The notes beneath the pieces are model-generated. The model was not told the DNA's origin, did not search any database, and saw only the letters and a program-made list of their open reading frames with translations. A program made the position numbers and the translations under genes. Positions 44,201 through 52,160 of a stretch of DNA of 64,000 nt are shown here, in pieces; position 1 is the first letter of the stretch; each line of letters opens with the position of its first letter. The DNA is from an uncultured Chloroflexia bacterium (GTDB lineage: Bacteria > Chloroflexota > Anaerolineae > CG2-30-64-16), in NCBI GenBank assembly GCA_963774265.1, contig CAVZDU010000001.1, positions 608,001 to 672,000 on the forward strand, in the 5' to 3' direction.

Positions 44201-45137
44201 ATGCCAGCACATGAAGACAGCACCATTGGTCGGCGTTTTCTCATCTCTATCGGCGTCACCATCGCCATTCTCATCGTCGAAATCATCGGCGGCTACTGGA
44301 CGGGCAGCCTGGCGTTGCTCTCAGATGCGGCCCACGTCTTCATGGACGTCTTCGCGCTGGTTCTGAGCTACCTCGCACTACGGCTCTCCGCGTTGCCCGC
44401 CGACGACCGCCACACCTACGGCTTCCACCGCCTGGAAGTGCTTGGCCGCGCTCGTCAACGGTATCACACTCGGTGCGATCGCCATCGGCATCTTCTCCGA
44501 ATCCTGGCAGCGCTGGCAAAACCCGCAGCCGGTAAAAAGCCTTGAGATGCTGGTCATCGCCGCCATCGGCCTGATCTGCAATCTGATCGTGATCTTCGTA
44601 CTCGGCGGCCACGGCCACCATCGCGAGGCGCACGACCATGAACACGAGCGCGAGGATCTGAACGTCCGCAGCGCGTTCCTGCATGTTGTCGGCGACGCGG
44701 TCTCTTCGGTGGGCGTCATCTTGGCAGCAGGCATCATCTGGACCACCGGCTGGCAATGGGTTGACCCCCTGGTCAGCGTGCTCATCGGGGTTCTGATCCT
44801 GATCAGTTCCTGGCGCGTGCTCAGAGGCTCCCTGCACATCCTGGTTGAGGGGGTCCCCGAAGGGCTGTCACTGGCGAAAATCAGCCAAAGCATGGCCGAG
44901 GCGCCCGGCGTGCAGGACGTGCACGATCTGCACGTCTGGAATCTGTGCTCAGGGCATATTGCCCTGAGCGCCCACGTCGTCGTAAGTGATCAAAGCCTGG
45001 GCCAGGCGCAGACCTTGCTGGACGATCTCATAAGCCACCTGAAGGCCGGCTTTGGCATTGAGCACACCACCATCCAGTTCGAATGCGCCAGTTGCGGGCA
45101 TGGTCGCATGGTCTGCGGCAACGGCAATCATTCGTAA
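44201..45137 (+). CDS. czcD: cation diffusion facilitator (CzcD/ZitB-like); frameshift near 44440
   Basis: SLALLSDAAH, TYGFHRLE, His-rich loop, NVRSAFLHVVGD, HDLHVW, HTTIQ. Confidence 0.88.
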
Positions 45138-45199
45138 CCGGGAGGATTCATAGTATGACCGGGCTCATAGCACGACTTGCATATCCGAAGGAGATCGCA

Positions 45200-45651
45200 G
45201 TGAGCAGCGAATTTCTTGAAACCACAGTTGATAAATTCATCTTCCGCGTGAAGGTCGGCTACCTCTACAGCGAGGCCGGCGTCTGGGTAGCCTATGAGTC
45301 GGCGCAGGGCACGGCCCGCGTCGGCCTAACCGACTTTCGCCAGCAGGCCAGCGGCGATGTCGCGTTCGTGGAGCTGCCCGCAGTCGGCGCCCAAGCTGGA
45401 GGCCGGCGACGATCTGGCCAACATCGAGACCATCAAGGTCGACCTGGCCGTGCCTGCGCCGCTCAGCGGCGAGGTTGTGGCCGTCAACGAGGCGTTGGGC
45501 GACGCACCGCGAGCTGATCAACCAGGAGCCGTACGGCGCGGGCTGGTTGGTCGAGCTGAAGCCGGAACACTGGCCGGTCGAGGGCTTGCTGGATGCGCCC
45601 GCGTACCTGGCCGTGATGCAGGCGCAAGCCGAAGCGGAGGCGGCCAAATGA
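45200..45651 (+). CDS. stand-alone GcvH-like lipoyl-carrier protein; frameshifts near 45390 and 45510
   Basis: VWV..ARVGLTDF.Q..GDVAFVELP..IETIK(lipoyl Lys)..APLSGEVVAVNEAL..LINQEPYGAGWL. Confidence 0.85.
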
Positions 45652-46063
45652 GCGAGCGCGTGATCATTGTGCCGTGCAGCGGCATCGGCAAGACGTATGG
45701 CACGGTGACGCGCGAGGCGGCCTATCTGGTGACCGAGGAGCTGCGGCCAGAGACAACCACCATCGTGCCGCTCTCGCTGCTGGTGCTGGGCGACGAAGAG
45801 GCGCGGGCGGCCGTGCAGGACGCCCGGGTGATCACCATGGATGGCTGCAAGCTGGCCTGCGCCACGCTCAACGTGCGCCAGGCGGGCGGCGACGGTAGCC
45901 AAGGAGTTCACCGTGCTGGACTTCTTCCGGCGCAACAAAGCCCTGAAGCCCCAGGGCATCAGCCGAGCTGAACGACGGCGGCCAAGCCCTGGCCCGCGCG
46001 CTGGCGGACGAAGTCGCCCAAACAGCCGATGAATTGATCGCGGGAGGCGTTGAACATGCCTAA
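45648..46063 (+). CDS. DGC-domain (putative zinc-binding) protein 1; frameshifted
   Basis: VPCSG..ITMDGCKLACA; ATGA overlap with the gcvH-like stop. Confidence 0.8.
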
Positions 46064-46802
46064 TCTACCGCAACGCAAAGTCGGCATCGTGGCCTGCTCG
46101 GGCGAGGAGTTGCCGGCGGGCACCGTCACCCGCCTGGCCGCGCTCAAGGTGCTGGAGGAGCTGCGGCCCAGCGAGACCGTCACCATCTGCCTGCCGCTCT
46201 TCCTGGCCGGCGGCGAAGGGGATCGCGCCTTCGCCAAGTTCTACCCCACCATCGCCGTGGACGGCTGCGAGAAGCGCTGCGCGGCGCGCGCCACCGAGCT
46301 GTACAGCAACAAGCCGGCGGCCAGCATCGTGGTGGACGACATCCTGGCGCAGCACAACCTGCCGGCGCCACAGGGGCTGCGCCGGCTGTCGCCGGAGAGC
46401 CAGCCCGTCGTGGACGCCCTGGCCGACGCGATCGCCGCCGAAGTCGATCATCTGATGGCCGTGCGCTGGAGCCGGACCGAGGGCGCGATCCTGGAGGCGG
46501 CGCCCGCGGCCCAGGAAGCTGTCAGCACCTCGGCCTGCGCCTGCGGCTCGGGCATCCCGGTGACCACTGTGCAAGTGGCCGGCCGCGCGGTGCAAATCAT
46601 GGCCCTGGAGCCGATCCTGGAGCTGGCCTACAACCAGGGCTTGCGCGCCGATGGCGCCCTGCCCAGCCGGTACCGCCAGATCCTGCAGACCGTGCAGGTC
46701 TACAACACCGTGCCGGCCGGCGAGGAAGACCAGTACGCGCAGGCGCTTGATCTGGCCTGGCACGCCTACTGCGAGCAGCGCGAGGCGCAGAATCATGGCT
46801 AA
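46056..46802 (+). CDS. DGC-domain protein 2 with C-terminal CACGSG-containing extension
   Basis: VACSG..TICLP..AVDGCEKRCA; overlaps both neighbours. Confidence 0.82.
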   Translation: MPNLPQRKVGIVACSGEELPAGTVTRLAALKVLEELRPSETVTICLPLFLAGGEGDRAFAKFYPTIAVDGCEKRCAARATELYSNKPAASIVVDDILAQHNLPAPQGLRRLSPESQPVVDALADAIAAEVDHLMAVRWSRTEGAILEAAPAAQEAVSTSACACGSGIPVTTVQVAGRAVQIMALEPILELAYNQGLRADGALPSRYRQILQTVQVYNTVPAGEEDQYAQALDLAWHAYCEQREAQNHG

Positions 46803-47254
46803 GACCGCAACCTACACCACCGAAGTCACCTGGCGCGGGCGATCACTGGGGCCATATCGTGATGGGCAACGGCCCGCAGATGGCCTTTTCCGCGCCGCCC
46901 GACGCCTACGGCCAGGCCGGCGTGTTGACCCCCGAGGATGCCTTCGTCGCGGCGGCCAACACCTGCGTCATGATGATGTTCCTCTGGGCCTGCGAGCGGT
47001 TCAAGATCGACCTGGTGGACTACCGCTGCCGCACCGAGGGCACCAAGAAGATCGAGCTGGATCGCACCGAGATCTTCACCCACCTGCGTTTCTGGCCCGA
47101 GATCACCGTGCGGGCCGATGCCGACGGGGACGCGGCCAGCACCGAGAAGCGCGTGCGCAAGGCGCTGGCCTCGGCGCAGAAGTACAGCCTGGTGGCCAAC
47201 TCGGTCAAGAGCGAGATCAGCATCGAACCACAGATCACGGTGCAGGAAAAGTAG
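46795..47254 (+). CDS. OsmC/Ohr-like protein; frameshift near 46845
   Basis: YTTEVTW, FSAPP..G..TPEDAFVAAANTC, KYSLVANSVKS. Confidence 0.82.
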
Positions 47255-47258
47255 TATC

Positions 47259-47405
47259 ATGTTGAGCATCAAAGTATTGGGGCCCGGTTGCGCGAACTGT
47301 TTCATTATGGAAGGCCTCGCGACGGCTGCCGTGCAAGTCCTGACAGACCAGCTTGAGCAATTCGCTCTGGGAGGAAGACCGTGTCCAAGGTATCAGTGGT
47401 GCTAG
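47259..47405 (+). pseudogene. truncated second thioredoxin-fold protein
   Basis: MLSIKVLGPGCANC resembles the 41837 gene but lacks the TPGL..GRVP half. Confidence 0.6.
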
Positions 47406-47554
47406 ATGACCAGGAACAGCAGGAGCTGCAGATGATCCTGACCGATGGGGATGGTGTGGCTGCGCTCCGCTACCTGAAGGAAGTGCTCTGGACCCAGGTG
47501 CAAGCGGTGCGCCGCAAAGAGTTGCGCAGCCACCTGGAAGCAGGCCGGTCGTAG
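47381..47554 (+). CDS. 57-aa hypothetical protein (below the ORF-track cutoff)
   Basis: SD ggagga, GTG start, helical VSVVLDDQEQQELQMILTDGD..ALRYLKE, TAG 47552-47554. Confidence 0.6.
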   Translation: MSKVSVVLDDQEQQELQMILTDGDGVAALRYLKEVLWTQVQAVRRKELRSHLEAGRS

Positions 47555-47790
47555 GAACGGGACGCTTCGTGATTCAATTTGCCGAGTCTATCCGCAAGAA
47601 TCACCGGACGATCATTATCGTCGTCGTAAGCACCCCAGGCAGATGACGTAGCTTCTACACCGCTGACCTGTGCATGGACTGCGAGGAAAATGGCCACAAC
47701 TGAGGGCAGCTTGACCTTCAGGATCGATGAGGCAGGACGGCTGGAGTTCCCCACCTGCGGGGGCTGCCTGCGGGCACGAGGGGTTTTCCG

Positions 47791-48369
47791 ATGTCCCTGA
47801 CCACCGAGCATCTTGTGGGTGCGATCAGCTTGATTCGCTCCCTGCCTTGCCTGGCCGATCCCGGTAAGATCATCGTCATCGGCGAAACTGACGCGCCTCT
47901 GGACGGTGTGCTGCCGCTCCTGAACGCGATCCTGCCCAACGTCGTCAGCTACCATCCGTTCAGCGGCGTGATGACCCTGCGCCGGCGGCCCGGGCTAATC
48001 ACGCTCTACCCGGACAAGGTGATGATCACGCAGGTGGCGGACGTCGAAGAGGGACTGGCCCTGCTGGCGGCCGTGCGCGATCTGCTCAACCGTACCTGGG
48101 CCCGTCGGGATGAGATCCAACCCAGGCCGCAAGGACGCCGTGTGCCGCGACCGCTGGACGTTTATGAGCTGCTGCCGCGCACCAATTGCCGGGCGTGCGG
48201 CGAGGCGACCTGCATGGCCTTCGCGTTCGGCCTGCTGGAGGGCCGCCATCAGCCGGAGGAGTGCCCATCCTTGGCCGATCCGGCCTACATCGCGCAGCGC
48301 CGGGCGCTGGCCGATATGCTGTCCGATGCGGGGGACAGCGCAGCCGGGCCAAACCTAAACGCGCTGTGA
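47791..48369 (+). CDS. (Fe-S)-binding protein, paralog of 43615
   Basis: LPCLADP..VLPLLNA..LPRTNCRACGEATCMAFA..CPSL. Confidence 0.82.
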   Translation: MSLTTEHLVGAISLIRSLPCLADPGKIIVIGETDAPLDGVLPLLNAILPNVVSYHPFSGVMTLRRRPGLITLYPDKVMITQVADVEEGLALLAAVRDLLNRTWARRDEIQPRPQGRRVPRPLDVYELLPRTNCRACGEATCMAFAFGLLEGRHQPEECPSLADPAYIAQRRALADMLSDAGDSAAGPNLNAL

Positions 48370-48540
48370 AAACGAGCCGTGCCAACGTGTCGGGCAGGAC
48401 TACAAGGAAATCACTCGACCCTCGCTCACGAACGCGCAGGCAGAGATTGCGCAAGGCGCTCGAATGCAGCGGACAGGCACACAATGTGCTCCCGCTACTG
48501 TCTTCCGAGGGTCCGCTTCGCCAGGAAAGGAGCCAGCACG

Positions 48541-49210
48541 ATGTCAGTGATCACTGTTTCCAGAGAATTCGGCAGTGTGGGCGATGACTTCGGTGAGAGA
48601 ATCGCCCAAGCGTTGGGGTACCACTGCGTATGCAAGGAGGAAATTGTTGCCCTGCTCAGCCAGTACGGCATGGTTGAGTTCGATCGGGAGTATGAAACCC
48701 GACCGGGTTTTTGGGAAGGTCTCAATTCGCTTCGCGATCAGCGCCGCAGCGAAATGGTGGGCATGCTCAACCAGGTTGTGCAAGCTGTGGCGCAGCATGG
48801 CAACGTGGTGATCCAGGGGCGCAGCGGTTTTGCGGTCTTAGCGGACTATGCCGATGTGCTTCATGTGCGGTTGCAGGCGCCTCTTACGGTTCGGATCGAG
48901 CGCGTGGCGGCGCAGCAGGAGATGACAGCCGAGCAGGCAGCGGCGGTCGTGAAAGAGCGCGATCGGGTGCGGACGGCTTTTGTGGAGAACTTCTACGGCG
49001 TGCCGTGGGGCGCCATCCATGCCTTTGATCTGGTTATCGACACCGGCAAGATTTCTCCCGACCTCGGCAAGACCTGGGTGGTCGACGCGGCGAAAGCATC
49101 AGCACACAGTCCAGCAACACGGCAAACCGTCTACCCGCTCGATAGAGGTGGATGCCGTCTTGGCGAAGGCGGTTTCCGAGGTGCTTCACTGCACGGCGAC
49201 GCATAGCTAA
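48541..49210 (+). CDS. cytidylate-kinase-like family protein; frameshift near the C-terminus
   Basis: VITVSREFGSVG, NVVIQGR, LHVRLQAP..R, FDLVIDT. Confidence 0.82.
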
Positions 49211-49484
49211 CAACGCCGGCAGCGGTGTTTTTTGCACACACACTTCAGCGCCGGTTGAACCAATAACTCACCGGATTGGTTAGAATTGCCTGAGCGGAGG
49301 GTTGAGATCACCGTTGCGCCCGTTGACCGCCATCCTGATTGACGCGCTGCGCGCTGTGCCGGGCCTGCCTCCCGAAATCGCGAGACTGCAGGCGAATGAT
49401 GTGCGCTGCCAGACTGTTGTCGCCCTGACGCCGGCCTCATGGTTTAGGAAGAGGTAGATGCGCCTGGCAAGGAGGTGTACCGAG

Positions 49485-49915
49485 ATGGCTAAGAAGCGCG
49501 TGCTGTTTTTATGCACCGGCAATTCCTGCTCGTTCCCAGATGGCTGAGGCCATCGTCAATGTCCGGCTGGGCGAATCATGGGAAGCCTATAGTGCGGGCA
49601 CCCAGCCGGCCGGGTATGTTCACCCGCTGGCCGTGCGCGTCTTGCGTGAGATCGGTATTCGAGCATGAAGGACGCTCCAAGCGTGCGGACGAATTCCGGG
49701 ACATGCCGTTCGATCTGGTCGTGACCGTCTGCGACGATGCCGCCGAGAACTGCCCGGTGTGGCTGGGAAGGGGGCGGCGGGTGCACCTCGGCTTTCCTGA
49801 TCCCGCAAAGGCGACGGGGAGTGAGGAAGAGGTGCTGGTCGTCTTCCGCCAGGTGCGCGACGATATTGCGGTGCGGATGAACGAGCTGCTTTCGCGTGAG
49901 AATCTGGGGACTTGA
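49485..49915 (+). CDS. arsC: arsenate reductase, thioredoxin-coupled LMW-PTP type; frameshifted
   Basis: [37 protein letters not shown]. Confidence 0.88.
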
Positions 49916-49951
49916 CAAATCACGACTTATATCGTATATATACGATATAAG
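49912..49951 (+). promoter_or_regulatory. sigma70 promoter overlapped by a 26-bp perfect palindrome (ArsR-type operator)
   Basis: TTGACA at 49912-49917; cttatatcgtatatatacgatataag at 49926-49951. Confidence 0.78.
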
Positions 49952-49952
49952 G

Positions 49953-50366
49953 ATGGTGGTGAGATGGAGGTCATCGCATTGCAGGGACCGGCGGAGCGCA
50001 ACCGACGAAGCGCGCCTGGTGCAGATGCTGAAGGCGCTGGGTAATCCGGTTCGTTTTCGCATCATGCAGACGCTGGCCGAGCGCCAGGTGTGCATCACGC
50101 AGGAGATTGTCGAAACGACGCCGCTCGCACAGTCCACGGTCAGTCAGCATCTAAAGGTGCTGCGCGAGGCCGGGCTGATCGAGGGCGAGTTCGAAGGACC
50201 CGCGACCTGCTACTGCCTGAGCGAGACGGGCGTGCGCTGGCTGAAGGAACAGATCGAGAGCTGGCTGCCCGGATGCTGTCAGCCAGGCTCGCGGTTTGAG
50301 CCGGTTGAGATCGAGCCGGCGCGTGGCGGAGGTGACCAGGACGCCGCACGTGACTGCTGTGACTGA
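49953..50366 (+). CDS. arsR: second ArsR/SmtB-family regulator (start uncertain)
   Basis: KALGNPVRFRI, QSTVSQHLKVLREAGLI, C-terminal GCC and DCCD. Confidence 0.88.
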   Translation: MVVRWRSSHCRDRRSATDEARLVQMLKALGNPVRFRIMQTLAERQVCITQEIVETTPLAQSTVSQHLKVLREAGLIEGEFEGPATCYCLSETGVRWLKEQIESWLPGCCQPGSRFEPVEIEPARGGGDQDAARDCCD

Positions 50367-50390
50367 GAGGCGTCTCTTTTTTGCGGTTGA

Positions 50391-50410
50391 TCATCGTAAT
50401 TTTACGATGA
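50391..50410. promoter_or_regulatory. second operator, upstream of arsM
   Basis: tcatcgtaa-tt-ttacgatga; same ATCGTA-N4-TACGAT core as 49931-49946. Confidence 0.72.
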
Positions 50411-50440
50411 AATTCGATTCAGAATCATGGAGAGTGTAGG

Positions 50441-51881
50441 ATGAGCATGACTCAGGCATCGGCCGAGTATTTCGAGCGGGTGGCGGGCGAGTGGGACAGC
50501 CTGCGGACCGGTTATTTTGGGGAGGCCGTGCGCGACGCGGCGATCGCACGGGCGTACCTGCGGCCAGAGATGGTCGTGGCGGACGTCGGTTCGGGCACGG
50601 GGTTCATGGCTGCGGGTCTCGCGCCGCTGGTTGCGAAAGTATATGCGGTCGACGGCTCGGCCGCCATGCTGGAGGTCGGCCGGCAGAATCTGGGCGGCTT
50701 CGGCAACGTCGAGCAACGGCTGGCCGACGGCGCGCGCGTTGCCGTTCGACGACGCGAGTCTCGACGCGGTCTTCGCGAACATGTATCTGCATCACTGCCC
50801 TGACCCCCAGGCGGCCATCGTTGAAATGGTGCGTGTGCTGAAACCCGGCGGCCGGCTGGTGATCACGGACCTGGATCAGCACGAGCATGCCTGGATGCGC
50901 GAGGAGATGGCCGACTCTGGCTAGGCTTCGAGCGCGGCAGCGTGAAGGACTGGCTGCGGGCGGCGGGCCTGGTGAACGTGATCGTCGATCGGCACCGGCG
51001 AGTCCTGCAGCTCGACCTCGCAGAGCGATCCCGCAGCGGACGCGGCGGCCGACATCAGCATCTTCGTGGCGACGGGCAGCCGCCGGGTGAGCGGCGCGAC
51101 GCGACGCCGTGCAGTCCAGCTACGGTGCGCTGGCGGTCAACGGCGGCTGCTGCGGCTCGCGGCTGCGGTCGCAGAGCAGTTGCTGCTCGCCGTCATCGAA
51201 TGCGATGGAGCTGGTCGAGGCCGGACACGGCCGGATGTGGTCCTGTGGGATACGGGATACACTGCCGAGCAGATCGCCCTGGTGCCTGCGGAAGCTGCGA
51301 ACCTGTCTTTGGGCTGCGGGAACCCGACCGCGATGGCTTCACTGCGGCCGGGCGAGACGGTCCTGGACATCGGCAGCGGCGCGGGGATCGACGCCTTCTA
51401 TCGCCGCCCGGCGTGTGGGCGAGCAGGGCCGGGTGATCGGGCTGGACATGACGCCGTCCATGATCGAGCGCGCGCGGCGATCCGCGGAAGCAGCCGGGCT
51501 GACGCAGGTGGACTTCCGGTTGGGACAGGCGGAAGCGATGCCGGTGGAAGACGGTATCGTGGACGTGATCCTGTCGAACTGCGTTATCAACCTGGTGGAG
51601 GACAAGGGCCGGGTCTTCGAAGAAGCCTATCGGGTGTTGAAGCCGGGCGGCCGGTTGAGCATCAGTGACATGGTGACCGCCGGGCCGCTGCCCATGAGCT
51701 TGCGGAGCGATCCACAGATGTGGGCAGGGTGCATCAACGGTGCGCTGCCCGGAGCGCGAGTATCTGGACCTGGTGCGGCAGGCGGGCTTCGTTGACGTTG
51801 TAGGGCAAGCGAAGCTTGAGTGGGGGTGAGCTGGCGGGCGTGGAGGTCTACAGCCTGGCCCTGTCAGCCAGAAAAGCATAA
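50441..51881 (+). CDS. arsM: arsenite methyltransferase with an extra N-terminal SAM-MTase domain; several frameshifts
   Basis: N domain DVGSGTG, LHH.PDP, LKPGG; C domain [30 protein letters not shown]. Confidence 0.82.
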
Positions 51882-52013
51882 CCCGCGCGGGGCTCCAGGC
51901 CTGGAGTGCCCGTCCGACGGTGAACCGACCAGATACTACGGCAGCGCCCCATGAACGGGACTGGAATGCGCGTTGGACGCCCCAGCCCCATTGATCGGGC
52001 GCTGCCTGTACCC

Positions 52014-52042
52014 TTGACAAGTCATGGTAGTCACACTAAAAT
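52014..52042 (+). promoter_or_regulatory. sigma70 promoter
   Basis: TTGACA, 17 nt, TAAAAT. Confidence 0.7.
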
Positions 52043-52160
52043 CCGTGATAGAAAGCGCGATGGCATTGCGGCGTCCCCACATGACAGCACCACCTCGCGC
52101 TCTTTCCTCAGTATGCGATCACGAGAGCAGCCCAACACACCACAATGAGGGTTGTGCCAG

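Noticed and set aside
45200-45651. Canonical glycine cleavage system
   Set aside because: No gcvT or gcvP nearby, and the gene is coupled to DGC and OsmC genes instead; symbol withheld.
49385-49440. Fluoride riboswitch-like stretch upstream of arsC
   Set aside because: Only superficial resemblance; the required stem and pseudoknot pairing could not be built.
41423-51881. Selenocysteine (in-frame TGA) in the island's redox proteins
   Set aside because: The CxxC, DGC and ArsM cysteines I checked are TGC/TGT codons; the breaks are frameshifts, not TGA read-through sites.
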